From the NCBI RefSeq assembly GCF_028641065.1, contig NC_073408.1, positions 7,130,001 to 7,194,000 on the forward strand: a stretch of 64,000 nt of DNA. Reading direction: 5' to 3'. Of the stretch, positions 15,601-29,849 are shown piece by piece. The notes under the pieces were generated by a model. The model saw nothing but the letters and a program-made list of their open reading frames with translations, was not told the DNA's origin and did not search any database. The translations under genes were made by a program, and so were the position numbers. Source of the DNA: Leucoraja erinacea (Eukaryota). Position 1 is the first letter of the stretch. Each line of letters begins with the position of its first letter.

Positions 15601-18600
15601 TTAGTTACTTTCCTTACACCCATTTGGAAACGGAAACATGTTTTTAAGGTCAGTTTTTAGTTTTACTGAACCAGCGTCACTTATCTGTGAGCTCAACCAA
15701 ATACTACTTGTCATTGCAAGGATTTCACTCATTATTATAATTCATTTCCTCATACTTTACTTTGAACTTGCTAAATCTTGAAACCCCAGTGCAAACCCCC
15801 ACCCACACTTACAAACTAATAAAGTACAATGTGTGCACTGTTTATATCAGCCAGATGCTTGTACATTGGGGTGTATCTTTAACCTAACTTTTCAACTCGG
15901 TAGCCGATTTAAATGGCTTAGACTATTGCACACTAATTTAAAACCACCCTTCAAATTTTGCATTGGTATTATGTAAAAAACTATTTTTCATTGCCATGAA
16001 AAAATTAATTATTCAGCACTTTGTTCGAAATTATAGTCAAAAAATTCTGCTTGAGTGTCAATGCTGCTTAGATAGGGATTTATGCAATGAAGTGACTCCT
16101 ATTACAGCAGCATGCACATAAGTGGTTACCAGCAGTGAAACAGACCGAGGTGGGGAAAAGAAGACACATGGAAAGATGAGAAAGCAGCTGAATAATTCAG
16201 ATCGGTCCTTGGAAAGTAAATGCTGTCATAAAGCGGTTTTCTTTGTATGAACAGACCTCGATTTGGCAGCATTTAACTTTACTGGACTAACTGGCATGGA
16301 TCAAGAAGATGGATATGCAACAGGGCGCTGAAATGTTGAACGAAGGGCAGATATCCCGTGACTAAGATCTGCTAATTCAACCAAATATCATGAATCTATG
16401 CCCTTCGCAGACACAATCTTACCAGGATAGCATTTTGTATATTTATTTGGTAATTCATTAATCTGGATGTGGGTAAGATGGGGTGGATGACAAATTCCAC
16501 TCATTGTCACACCTGGAACATGTATGCTCTCTTCAACAAAAATATATTGTTAACCCAAGTTACTTCAGAAGATTGAGTTAGATCTAACTATTAGACAAGG
16601 GAGCAGGACATTAGCCCCTCGTATCGTTGCACCATTCAGACAAACTGTGGCTAATATTTAACATCAGCATCACTTGCCTGCACACTCCCCATATTCTTTA
16701 GATTGATAATATAAACAAATCTCCATGGCTGAGTGTTTAGATTCTTTCTGGGTAGGCCATTTCAAAGATTCACTATCCCCTGATGAAGACATTTCTCATG
16801 TCTTGAATAGATGAGCTTTTATTTTGGAACAGTCCAGCTACAGCAAACATCAACTTAACTTCGAGCCTGTGAAGTCCTGCTAGATCCATTAGCTTGAATG
16901 AAGTGTACCTTGGTAGGACCTACCCTGTTGGGTTGGCTTATATATTTCATATATAATTTCAGAGATCAGATAGCATCCTTGTCACTTCAAACAAGGCAAA
17001 CATGGTTTAAGGATCTGAATTAAAAATATTCTGAGACATACAGAATGGAAACTGTCCCTTTGGCCTACCCAGTCCACACTGCCCATCGATCACCCGAACA
17101 CTAGTTCTATGTCCTGCACACTAGTGGCAACTTATAAAAGTCAATTAACCTACAAACCTGCGTGTCTGTAATGTGGGATGAAAGCGGAGCGCCTGGAGAA
17201 ACCAACGCAGTCACAGAGTTAATGTACAAACTGCACAGACAGCAAAGAGATGAGGATCGAACCTGGATCTCGGGGGCTGAGGCAGCAGCTCTACCAGCTC
17301 TGTCGCTGTGCTGCCCGAAAACTCAGAAATAAGCAGTCCACTGGAAGGCCCCCTTAAGATAGTCCATCATCATAGGAAGTTGTATGAAGATTTTTTCTCA
17401 TCTTAATGTGTTAAGAGCTCCATATGTCTCAATAATAGGGATTGCTCAAGAGCAGCCCTCAAGGCACTCACCATGGGAACCACAGGCACATAGACGAAAA
17501 TAGATAATAGCAATGCATTGGGAGGTGATGTCGTGTACATGTTGCCTTAAATAAATATATACAATGGAGAAATTAAATTGACAGGGTTGGGAATAAGAGC
17601 CAAAAAAATAAAATTGCAAATGTCTATTTGATGCAAGCATAAACCGAGAAAGCATGGAGACACATAAATGCAAATTCAATATTTTATCCACAAAATAAAT
17701 AGATGAATATCACGGTTCAATTTGACAGGTTGTGATCAATTAAACTAACAATATGATTTTATGTAATAAAATGAATTTCGGATGCTGGTTTATACCAAAG
17801 AAAGACACAAAATGCTGGAGTAACTCAGCGGGTCAGGCAGCATCTCAGGTGAAAACGGATGTTTTGTATTGGGACCCTACTTCAGACGATATGGTTTCTG
17901 TTACAGCCCAGCTGCTTATTTTAGTTATTGAAGTAAATAACTCCTCAGTTGGAAACACCAATTTATGTTGAATAAAGCTGTAAAATCTCACATCTGCCAC
18001 TTAACCTGACCCAAATAACTGCAGGATTAAATTTTATGACGCCAATTTTTGGGAGGAATGTAACGGCTGAATTAAATTAAACAAGACCTCATATATTGTG
18101 AACTTACATCAAAAGGCAGAGGATGCTCATTTTGCTCCTGTTCAGCCCGATCATTATCTTTAGTATTTTCCAGCCATGCATCCATACCACCAACTGAAGG
18201 GATCACATCATCTTCTCTAGATTCATCCTCTCCATCCTCATCATCCTCTTCAGGTGTGGAACTCTCAGTATCAGTGCTTTCTTTCAAACTAGATATGAAC
18301 AGTTTCCAAACATTGGTATAGTTCATCGATACAACAAGGAAACAGACCCTTCAAGCCACCGAGTCCACATTCTATCATTCATACGTTCTATGTTAATCCA
18401 TTTTCTTATCCACTCCTTACACACACTGGGAAAATTTAGAAAGGCCAATTAACCTACAAAACCACACGTATTTAGAACGTGGGACGAAACTGGAGCACCT
18501 GGAGGAAACACACAGTCACGTGGAAAATGTGCAAACTCCACACAGACAGCATCCATGGTCAGGATTGAACCCGGGTTTCTGGTGCTGAGAAGCAGCAACT

Positions 18601-21600
18601 CAACCGCTGTGCCACTGCATGGCCCTAGATTTATGAATATTATAATAAATTACTTAGGAGATTTAGCCAATCAGAAAGACATAATTTTTCAAATTAAATC
18701 ATTTAACTTAGGACAATAAAAAACAGAAAAGAAAATGTAAAACATTCTACCTGTCACTCTCCGTTTTCCCAATTTGTTTCTCTGAACACAAGCAGAAAAT
18801 ATGTGGAATTAGGACACACTTATTCATTAAATCTCAGTTTTCCAAAACAGGTGCTATTACTTTGTCCATCGTAAGTATTTACACAAACTTAATCAGTTTG
18901 TGTATGACCGGATATAACATTACTATGTCAATCATAATTTCTTCCTGAATAAACTAAAGTATTTCAGGGCTACATATAGACCAAGACACAAAGTGCTGGA
19001 GGAAGTCAGCGGGTCAGGCAGCATCTCTAGAGAGCATGGATAGGGGGAAGGAGGGTGAAAAAGGAGATGGAGGTTGCTGGTAGGTTATTTATCTGAAATT
19101 GGAGCATTCAGTGTTCATGGTGGTTATAATCTACCCAAGTAGAATATGAGGTGTTGTTCCTTTTGCGTGTGGCCTCACTTTGAGACTGGTGGTGGCTTAG
19201 GACGGAAAGGTCAGTATGGGAATGGGAGTTAAAATAGTTAGCAACCAGGGGATCCAACATTCCTTGGTGGATCGAACGCAAATGTTCGACAAAACAGTCA
19301 CCTAGTCTCTGCTTGGTCTTGCCGATGTACAGATATAAGTCTTTCAGCAGAATACAAATTAAGCGTCAAAAACTAAGTTATGGAAGATAGGTTTTCACTG
19401 AATGCTATCAATTATTCCTTAACTTTTATTATTGCTTGAATGGATGCTGATGCCACAATAATTGTTTTCTCAGAGTTATTTTGTTGCAGTCTATCTACTG
19501 ATGCAAAATACCGCTGCAGCATGCAAATACACCAAGTGTGAGAATTTTGACAAACCTTTCGATGAAAGTAATTGTTCAGTTTGAATCAGTTCTCGCTGTT
19601 CTGTCAAACCTTTTATGTTCAGTCCTTTCCTCTGACAGTCTCGAATACCCAACGAATTAGCCTTCAAAGCGCGCGTATACCATCCTTTTCCACACTGCGC
19701 TCCGGCAAACAGATAATGGCCCTAAAGGAGAACAAAGAAACATTAAAAGGAACTGTTGTTACTGAGGCCTTTTGGCATCAAAAGCGAAGGTGAAGAAACT
19801 GTGATCCCAGAAGGTGAGTGATCCTTCTAAAATTTCGTTCCACTTTTTTTTAACATAGTTTCGAATATTAAAGTTTGCAAATATTTGGAATCATTTAGAT
19901 TGAAGAGCAGAGGCATCACTGATACTTTGGGCTTGCTTTGCCAGAAACAGAAACTGAGTAAAATGTACCAGGTTTACATACCTCAATGGAATGAGGTTTC
20001 AGGACAATGCACCGCTTTGCATCACTCCATGCTTTTCTGTGAAGCAACAGGCAATGCAATGTTAACTATATAAAATGCAACGTGGTGATATTCATCATGA
20101 CATTAAATGAATAAAATATTCTCCATTTTGAGACAGAACACCACTATGTATATTTTTACGCAAATAAATTAACAACAGAATACTTTTAAATTCTCAGAAC
20201 AAAAAATCCTAAAACAAAATAAAAGGCCCAATAGTCTCCTAATTGTCTGTAAATGAAAATACTTTGTTTCTTAGTAAAGAGAAATATAGCCATTTGACAG
20301 TAGTTTTATGTAATTAACCAGTATCAAAACATGATTAACCAAATGTTCCAAAATAGTAAAATTAGCTAGATCTGTATTACACTAGATCAAAACAAAAATG
20401 AAGTCATAAATTCCCTGGCAATCTTATACCGGATACCTTAAATCACGTTGCTTTAATCATTTATCAACAGACATAACCAACTTAACTTCAAAGGATACCC
20501 CAATACATCCCATCCCCACATATTAATAAAATACACAATCTGGAATTACATTTTATCAAAGAATGAATGTCCAGAAAAGAGCAGAAGCAACTTACTTGTA
20601 TTGACATAATTGCAAATAGCAATATGATCTTTTCTCATACAACAAGTGATTGAATGCACTGAAAAGAAAAATATGCACAAATCAGTTTTTAGTACTGAAA
20701 CATTTCACAAATTGCATCAACATCATAACTCATATAGCATAAGAATTTATATTAACAATAAAGCACCATAAAAATAATGAATGCAAGAAAACAAGCCAAT
20801 TTTCATATGAGCTGTAAATGTTCTAATACATAACCCAAGTTTTGAGTTGTCTTATGAAATTCTTTTTCACAAAATCACAAACATTTTGTGGAGAACTGGG
20901 GGAAATCTCACCAGGATTTTGTGGTATCGCGTTTTGTTCATTAATCAGACAGAATGAATGTGGGTCTTGACAAGCTAGATGTGGAGAGGATGTTTCTCTC
21001 ATGTGGGAAAATGTATAACCAGGTGGCCACCGTTTAAAAACAAGGTCTAACCCATTTAAGACAAATATGAGGCGAGTTTGATTCTCTCAGACGGTTATGG
21101 GTATTTGGAACTAGATATTCTTGATATGTAAAGTAGTCAAAGATTACTATCGGTAGGTGGTAGTTCGAGTTTGCAAAAAGATATATCATGATCGAATGTA
21201 GTAGCAGGGTAGGCTTGAAAAGTTTACTGCCCCACTCCTGCTCCTAATTCACATGAAACCAAATACATGTGCATCCACTACAATTCATTAGTCTCATTCA
21301 CAAGTATGACAACAATTTTTACACCTTGCATAATCTCAGCATGGAAATTCTTACCAAACTCTTATTGCTTCATTTAAAGACTTCACCGCTAATTCATAAT
21401 GTTGTTTTTTCAAATCTGCTTCCCAAAGTTCATGAAATATTTTTGCTTGCTGAAAATTAAATAGGTAATTTTCATGTCCAAATTTAAAAAAAAATCAATT
21501 TCTATAAATCTACCCTACTTCATAAGCTTTTTCTACAAATTTAGTTTGATATCTTTACAGTCACATTGGAGAACCAGCACAGCACATTGCAACAAATCAG

Positions 21601-24600
21601 GATTCAACAGCAATGGTTCAAAAGGGATGACATTTTTGGCAAGAACATCTTATGTTACTTTGTAGGCATTTAGACTTTAGAGATACAGCGTGGTAACAGG
21701 CGCTTTGGCCCACCGAGTTCACACTGACCAGCAGTCATCTGATACAATGCACTATCCTACACAGTAGGAACAATTTACATTTTATTACCAAAGCCAATTA
21801 ACATACCAGCTTATATATCTTTGGAGTGTGGGAAGAAACTGGAGCACCTGGAGAAAACCCATGTGGTCATAGGCAGAACGTACAGGCTCTGTATAGACAG
21901 TACCTGTAGTCAGGGTCGAACCTGGGTCTCTGGCGATGCAATCAGCAACTCTACCTCGGCATCATTGTGCCGCCCTGTTTCACCATCCATGAGATAGATC
22001 TGATTTTTATGTAAATAAAATAGGATTGAACATGCAAGGGAGCAGTTTAACTTCAACACTGGCCCAAACCTTTTGGACTTGTTAACAACATGGATGCAGT
22101 TCAAAGCAATTAATAAGCTAGTTCGGTATTCCAAAAACGCAAGGAATCATGGGATTCGTCAAAGGACACCGGCCCGTTGCAGTGGCGACCCAGGCTACAG
22201 CCAGTGCGGAGAAGAAGCACTAACTCCACTGCTCCGGACCCATCAGTCCAGGGCAGTCGGTTAACCCAGCGGGACAGGCAAAGTTGAGCTGGAGTTAGCG
22301 CTTCTCCGCGCTGGCTGTAAGCCTGAGCCGCCACTGCAACGGGCCGGTGTCCTGTCAGTCCAGGGCTGGCGGTTACCCGGTGGGACAGGCAGAGTTGACC
22401 TGGAATTGCGCTTCTTCTCCGCGCTGGCTGTAAGCCTGACCGCCACTGCAACAGGCCGGTGTCCCATCACTCCAGGGTCACCCCGGACTTCTCCGGCCAC
22501 CCCCGGACAGGGATGGGACACCCGGGAGGGGACGGTTCAGTGGCAATTCAACATCGCTTGCAGCAGCGGGTTCAATCCTGACTACGGATGAAACGCAGGT
22601 CTGTATTCATGCAGCAGCACAGCTGCCGAGAATGTTTATCGCGAGTGACCTATGACCTGGGCATGTACAGTCGGACGACCAAACGTGCTTATTCAAATAG
22701 GTTTTCTTATTTCTTGGGCAAAATTTTTATAAAATCTACCTTCTTTTACAATTGATTAGCATTGCTAATGTTGGTGGAAGAACAAATAAATGATATACAT
22801 TTCTAAAATTACAACATTGTGTACTTTAAAAGGATAAATTATTACTTTTACGCAGACCAGTTGAATCGCTTACCTGCTTTTCCTGAACGCACTGATCTTC
22901 AAATTGCTCAAACAGATTCTGATCAATAGAATACTGCTTTATCAAATTAAAATCTGCAACAAAAAAATGTGAAAATATATTTTCATATCAGGAGTTTTTA
23001 GCTTTCATGTTCCTCAGAGTATTTAAACATGTACAAGTGGTACGTACCAATTGATGTGGCTTCTGTGCTCAATTGCTTTTGTTGAGTCTATTTAGCCCAT
23101 GATAATTTAACAAGCTCATGTGAACTAATTAAATTACAATCAATCAGGACCAAATCAGTAATTCCAAAAGTTGTATGGATCTTGTATTTCAGTTTTAACT
23201 CCTGCTTCGCTGAACAACTGGATGACGCGGAATAATGAAGCTGAACAAGTGTCCATTCCTCACCAGCCACAAGTTGCTATGATTCACTACTCTCTAACTT
23301 CCCATTACATCAATTGCTTTATAATCAACTTACAGACCACTGTTTGATATCTGTTTTCCCCACTCCGACCTTTCCAAATCAATGAATCATTTTTGCTTGC
23401 CTAATCAGAGATTAGCCAGCCTCAAGCCATATCCCAATAATCTGATTATTCCAACCAGTGTTTTGGCATTTTCTGGCACATTTCACACTCTGGTCCTTTC
23501 CAGGACCAATTATTTGCTGCTCTACCTTTTCCTGCTTTGACATGGCAGTTGTCTCTACTAGCTTGTCAATCTCCGTACCACCCATGAAACAGTAATCAAA
23601 AGGAATATGACAAATTTGCAAATGAAACATTTCCTTGATTATTATATGTATCCATGAACTTTATAAAACAATCACTTTCTCAACATTAACCCTTCCAAAT
23701 GTTCCTCTCCCAACTCTGCTATGCAGAAAATAACTAATGGCTGACAAAACCTAAGCCTCCTATATAAATTCAAAACATGCCACGAGACACAAAATGTATA
23801 TCACAACTAAAGTGTTATACACAGTGGCAGGTGATGTAAATGTACCAATGTTTTCATGCTGATTATTTTGCCAACCAACATTTAAATTAACTTTTTTCCA
23901 GCAAAAATCCATTAAAAATAAATCCTCATGTGCAATCAGAAGTTTTAAACAGAGTTCAGAATTCTTAGTTCCAGTTTAGTTTATCATATCATGTGATAAG
24001 ACTAGAATTAGGCCATTCGGCCCATTAAGTCTACTCCACCATTCAATCATGGCTGATCTATCTCTCCCTCATAACCCCATTCTCTTGCATTCTCTCCATA
24101 ATCTCGGACAACCGCCTATTGTCAAGTGTACCGAGGTATAAGTTAGCAGAAACACAATACATTATTACAATCGATCCATTTATTGATACATAAGGGATAA
24201 GGGAATAACGTTATGTAGCACCAAGCAGTACTCACAATGAAGGCCGGTAAGTGCGAGGATTGTAGCCACTTGCATTTTATTTCCAACTGTTATTTCCCAG
24301 GCGTCCCGAAAAATCTTCTGCTGCTTTACAACCTTTATTGCCTCTTCCAAAGTGGAACACTGAAAATAAGACCTTTAGCTTAGAAATGAATATGCCCCAG
24401 GAGATAATGACAGAAAAGAGAATCAGCTTTCATTTAAAAATGGTAAGCACATGTTGTTCCATTCAATACACTGTACACTACCAGTCAATTCTTTCAGAAT
24501 GGATATACTGCTGCCGTAAAGCACTATTTTTAGTTACATTAGTCTTTGAATGAAAGATCCCTTTATATTCCGCAACAGCCATGATTCTTCATTTTACAGG

Positions 24601-27600
24601 AGTGAAGAATCTTTTTCTTTAGCAAAACAAAATGTGGGATAAACCAACAGATCCAACTCTATTTTTTAAGTTTAGTTTAGAGATACAGCATGGAAATGGG
24701 TCCTTCGGCCCACCAAATCCGTACCGACCAGCGATCCCTGCACATTAACACTACCCTACACACACTAGGGACAATTAACACTTATAACAAGCCAATTCAT
24801 ATGCAAACCTGTACATCTATGGAGTGTTGGAAGATCTCAGCAAAAACCTATGTGGTCACGGAGAGAAGGTACAAACTTCATAGACAGCACCCGTAGTCAG
24901 GATCGAACCCGCATCTCTGGCGCTGCAAGCACTGTAAGGCAACAACTCTACAGCTGCGCCACCATGCCGCCCAAAGTGTGGAGAAATGAAATGACGTTTC
25001 AGATCAAGAGAACTGCTATATCTGATTCTTTGTTGTTGTGCTGCTTGAAATATTTCATCACAGAGCCATTTTAAAACACAAAGGTAGGGATTGATCATGT
25101 CTATTCTCTCCCTGTCTGAACTGCTGTGCTCCTCCCACACTTTGAGTTTTCCCTCAAGATTCCAGTATCTCCTTGTGTCTCAAGCATTTTTTTAGGTTTG
25201 TTGTGAATAGCCAGGGAAGTTACATGCTACAGAGGAAAAAGTGTTTCCCTTCTGAAAATGGACTTAGGTGTAATTAAAATAATGGCCTTTAGGACAATGG
25301 AGATTTTGACCACACCCTGGTGGAGGATATTGTGGTTGTCCACCTGTTATACATTTTGATCCATTTTACTTCGGGAACTTCTTAATTATGTACTTTGTCT
25401 CATGCTTTAAAACAGCTCAACAAAACTAGAAAAATAATTTGGTTTTACCTGAACAAGGTTTTCATTAACAACACGAACAAACTGGATCAGCAGTGGTCGC
25501 TTCAACTACAAGATAATTAGAAAATAAATCAAAATACACCAATTAGGAGACCAGAATGAGACATTATAACACCAGGCCAAGTTTTAGATACTTACAGCAT
25601 ATACAAGCAGGGCTCTATGTGCAGATTCCAAAAGTTCTATGATCTTCAGTGTTTTGAGATCAAAGTCTTGAAGTTCACCACAACTACAAGAAAAATAGTC
25701 ACATGAACTATAGTTACAAGAAACTTACAATGCTGTATGCAGCGCATTTAAAAAGTTATCATAGAGTCATAGTCATACAGCAAGGGAAATGGTCCATTGG
25801 CCCAATTCATCCTTTCCAACCAAGATGCCCAATCTTAGCTAATCCCATTTGCCCACATTTGGTCCGTATCCTTCCATGTACTTTCCACCGATCCATGTAC
25901 CTATCCAAGTGTATTTTACATTTGATTATTGTACCTGTAATGAGGTGACCAGAACTAAATGCAATACTCATAAGCAGCCTAACCAAAGTCTTATGGAGGT
26001 GCGTCATAATTTCCTAACTCCTGTAATCAATGCCCTGACCAATGAAGGCGAGTGTAATTCTTTACCACTCTACCACTACTGTTTACCAAGTTGCCAGATA
26101 TACTGTATAACTTACTCCTCAGGTTGGATGAGCTTTGCTTCAACAGCCCAGTTCCTGTACAGTTCATCTGTGTAAGGCCGACCAAAAAGAATAGGGCTCA
26201 GGAGCTGGACTTTTACAATGTGGCAATATCTCTTCAAAACTGATGTCCTCAGGTAACTCCATTGGTTAGGGATCAGAACTGCAATTAAGAACATACAATA
26301 ATTTAGAAAAAGAACAGCAACTGTATATCCCAATCTAATTAATCGCCAACACAATGCTCAGTAGAATTGGGCTAAATAGCAATAATATAGCAGTGAATGT
26401 GAAAAGCTGTATTTTCCACCCCACTGCATTGTCAGTAGCTATTGCAGTGCATAGTTAGTTTCACAACATTTTCTCACACAACTATTACATTTCTTATGTA
26501 ATAACAGGCAAACAGTTTTAAACTATCAAGCATGAGAGATATGCAGAACCCATCAATTTCATGGCTAAATATGACAGAATTTAACTCGATATTTCAATGA
26601 TGTTTCTCAGAATGGAGGCCTGTGACTAGTGGTGTGCCACAGGGTTCAGTGCTAGGCCCGTTACTGTTTGTCATCTACATCAATGATTGGGATAACATAC
26701 AGGGCAAGATTAGCAAGTTTGCTGATGATACAAAAGTTAGTGGTTTTGCAGATAGTGAAGGTGGTTGTGAACGATTGCAGCAGGATCTGGATTTTAATAA
26801 AGGATTTTTAATTTAATACAGAGAAGTGTGAGATGTTGCATTTTGGGACGTCGAACAAGGGCAGGGCCTACACACGTCTCTGAGTAGTGTTGTAGAGCAG
26901 AGGGATCTAGGAGTACAAGTGCATGGTTCCTTGAAGGTCGAGTCGCAGGTAGATAAGGTGGTCAAAAAGGCTTTTGGCACCTTGACCTTCATCAGTCACA
27001 GTAGTAAGAAAAGAAGTTGGGAGGTCATGTTGCAGTTGCATAAGATGTTGGTGAGACCGTATTTAGAATATTGTGTTCAGTTTAGGACACCATGTTATAG
27101 GAAAGATATTGTCAAGCTTGAAAGGGTTCACAAAAGATTTACGAGGTTGTTGCCAGGACTAAAGGATGTGAGCTATAGGGAAAGGTTGAGTCGGCTGGGT
27201 CTCTATTCCATGGAGTGTGAGAGGATGAGGGGAGATCTTATAGAGGTGTACAAAATTTTACTCAAAGTGGGGGAATCAAGGACCAAAGGACATAGGTTCA
27301 AGGTGAAGGGGAAAAGATTTAATAGGAATCTGAGGGGTAACTTTTTCACACAGATGGTGGTGGGTGCATGGAACAAGCTGCCAGAGGAGGTAGTTGAGGC
27401 TGGGACTATCCCATTGTTTAAGAACAGGTATATGGATAGGACAGGTTTGGAGGGTTATGGACCAAGCGCAGGCAAGTGGGACCAGGGTAGCTGGGGCATT
27501 GTTGGCCGGTGTGGGTGAGTTGGGCTGAAGGGCCTGTTTCCACACTGTATCACTCTATGACTCTAAGCGCCTGACAAATAATAACACCAACATAAAAATC

Positions 27601-28474
27601 GTCATAATTATTATTTTATAAATATAAATCCCCCTCTTTACATATTCAGAATGTTAGTACAGTATTATGATGTGCTAAGCTCACAATTTAAATCAGCAGT
27701 TTTGTTCCAGTTGGCACACCTCAAGTTGTCTTACCTTCAAGGCTTAATTTTGGTGGTTTAAATGGAGGAAACCATAGTCTTGATTCCTGCAAAAACAATG
27801 TCATAGTTCCAGCAAATCTATTAGTGATTTATGAATTACATGTCAAATAATGATCAATTTACCCAGCAAGATAGGACTAAAGTAAGTATTTACTTTGTAC
27901 TCAGGAATTTAAAAAATATATAGTCTGCTTTCAGTGGCAAGAAAAACTGGTTTTGGAATAAGCAGTGAGTCATTTAGGATGGGCACAAGCAGAAATTCCC
28001 CGAGTCAGAGCCTTGTTGAATTTTGGTATTCTATATCCAGTTGCTAATGAATGCTCAATCAGCAGATAGCGTTCAGGCTGAGATGAACAGATGTTTATGT
28101 TTTGTATATGCATATATTTACAAATGGAATAATTCTTTGATAATGAACAATATACAAATTAAAATAATATGCCACTGCTGTTGTGTTCCATAGTAGTCTA
28201 TCAAGTCAGCAGATTATTCAGAAAAGGATGGTAACCCATACAATCAGAGATTAGGGGATCTTTACAGTGGTATTGTTGTCATTAGGTAACAATACTATTT
28301 TTTAATATTGCAGATTTAAGGTTCCAATAGTCAAATAAAAAGTACTTTTATGAGAAAAAAAATAGCCAGTTCTACTCTTTCGTAATGACTTACCTCGTCA
28401 GAGGAAACTAAATCAGGTAAATCACTTGAATCAGATGTAGAACCATCATCACTGTCCCAAATCTCTGGGTTCAT
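664..28474 (-). CDS. TTC3/DZIP3-family protein (TTC3-like, probable E3 ligase); first ~851 codons, gene continues past the left edge
   Basis: 23 AG/GT-bounded exons with consistent phases, 5'->3': 28474-28394, 27786-27735, 26278-26116, 25683-25596, 25505-25449, 24359-24236, 22953-22874, 21449-21355, 20658-20596, 20036-19982, 19721-19556, 18781-18751, 18288-18108, 15016-14643, 14137-14026, 10500-10381, 8943-8863, 8191-8070, 5888-5762, 3103-2978, 2409-2308, 1712-1626, 731-664. Peptides recall TTC3: [19 protein letters not shown]; TPR-like [35 protein letters not shown]; [15 protein letters not shown]; [46 protein letters not shown]. Family match is from memory; orthology unresolved. Confidence 0.85.
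1294..1530 (-). mobile_element. CR1 LINE 3' end
   Basis: [25 protein letters not shown] followed by a typical CR1 3' UTR and tail. Confidence 0.8.
3247..3565 (-). mobile_element. tRNA-derived SINE (HE1/V-SINE type)
   Basis: Minus-strand tRNA-like head (GCAGCTGGTAGAGCTGCTGCC..GACCCGGGTT), V-domain GGAGTTTGCATGTTCTCC..TTTCCTC, and CR1-like tail. Confidence 0.75.
7046..7800. mobile_element. Non-autonomous DNA transposon (Tigger/pogo-like) with internal inverted repeat
   Basis: TA|CAGGTAAAAACC start; GGGGTGAAGGGGTAAACTTTAATTCTTAGTCCCCT (~7211-7245) is inverted at ~7598-7631. Confidence 0.5.
13367..13535 (+). mobile_element. Tc1/mariner terminal inverted repeat remnant
   Basis: Ends AAAAGTTCAAGGGGTATGAATACTTTTGCAAGCCACTG|TA, a typical Tc1 TIR followed by the TA target. 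Confidence 0.8.
17035..17316 (-). mobile_element. HE1/V-SINE copy
   Basis: Same architecture as 3247-3565. Confidence 0.75.
18327..18625 (-). mobile_element. HE1/V-SINE copy
   Basis: Same family. Confidence 0.75.
18984..19329 (-). mobile_element. Penelope-like element fragment
   Basis: Minus translation [21 protein letters not shown] (GIY-YIG) linked to the AGACACAAAGTGCTGGAG terminal repeat. Confidence 0.75.
21668..21975 (-). mobile_element. HE1/V-SINE copy
   Basis: Same family. Confidence 0.75.
22164..22463. repeat. GC-rich inverted plus direct repeat block
   Basis: 22164-22228 is the reverse complement of 22290-22352; ~110-bp direct repeat 22244-22352 / 22356-22463. Confidence 0.75.
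24668..24972 (-). mobile_element. HE1/V-SINE copy
   Basis: GGGCGGCATGGTGGCGCAGCTGTAGAGTTG head and (CTAAA)n tail. Confidence 0.8.
26608..27565 (+). mobile_element. 5'-truncated CR1 LINE (RT C-terminal part)
   Basis: [29 protein letters not shown]; [32 protein letters not shown]; CTCTATGACTCTA tail. Confidence 0.9.
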
Positions 28475-29849
28475 AATTGCAATAAAGGAACTGGAGTATT
28501 AAAATTCGACATTTAACATTTCCCAACACCTTCTGGCAACCAATTTTCTCCTGACAAAACAAAATTAGATAATCAACAAATTTCACGCATGCAATATTAT
28601 TAAAACTCCCACGTGTTTTCACTGGGCTATGCACGCACTAATTTGAAAATTAACCTGTAGTTGAAATGTAAACAAAAATAAAATGCAAATAACAGCATGA
28701 AACAAAAAACTATCACCCCTTGCAAAATAAACTTAACCCTGAGTGTGGCCACATGCACCTACCCTGGCACTTAATAACACAAAGCATTATGTGAATGCTG
28801 CTTTAAAAAAAAGCAACAAACTGCTTAAAGAACTCAGTAGATCAAGCAGCTTCTGTGGAAGCAGAGGGATAGGTTAGTTGACCTGAAAAAATATCTGCTG
28901 TTCCATGCCTATGCAAAAAATAAGAATTCATAGAATACCTTTCACTTGTCAGATCACTACTAAGTACTTAAAAGCTACATGGTATATCTGATGTGTGGTC
29001 ACTGTTTAAAAATGCAAGGAAGCAAGCTCTCTCCAACAGCAATGTGATAATAAAAATTATTCCCCTCTGTTATCTGTTAACAGTCCTTCCATTAACTAGA
29101 GTACTGTCCAAATTACCTCTACTCCATTGCGCCTACTGGACTGTCTATGGAACTGCTGAGAACATATTCTACATTTTGCATCATCCCCTTTGCTTTACCT
29201 TTTGTACTTGAGTTTGGCTTGTTTGTATATATGTGTAGTATTATCGGATCTGATTGGATGGCATGCTAGCTGTGAACAATAATAAACCTAAGCCTAATTC
29301 TGGTTTATTGGTGAAAAAAGACAGTGCCAGAATAACTCAGCGGGTCAGCATCTCGGAACAACACGGATAGATTACTGTTCGGGTCGGGACCCTTGCTCAG
29401 ACTGATTCCGATTAATTGATGCTGATTAAGATATAAATATTGACCTGGAAGAACTAAGGTGTTCTTCTCTTGTTCAAAATACACCATCCAAAACATCCAA
29501 GTGTGGCATTCCCCCATTACTGCATTGCCGACAGTACTCATGTGATGCAGTTTGCTCAGCCCTGCCCCTCCAGCAATGCAATAATTCCTTGTTGCTGTAC
29601 TTTCAGGTCAGTGTTTAGTGCTCAGGACAAGGGGTTACAGGGGAGGGCTATTGGGGGAGTGAGCGCATGGGTTTTGGGGGAGGGCCACTGGGGAGGTTTA
29701 TTGGGTAGGAGGGCAGAGGAAATTGTTATTGGGAAGGGACACGCAGGGAGGGTTATTTTAGGAAGCAGTACACGGGGGGGGGGGGGGGGGGTTATGAGGG
29801 ATACTGGTGGAGGAGTGCACAGGAGAGGGTTATTGGCTTAAGGGACCAA

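Noticed and set aside
26919-27518. 199-aa ORF as a host gene
   Set aside because: Decayed CR1 reverse transcriptase fragment.
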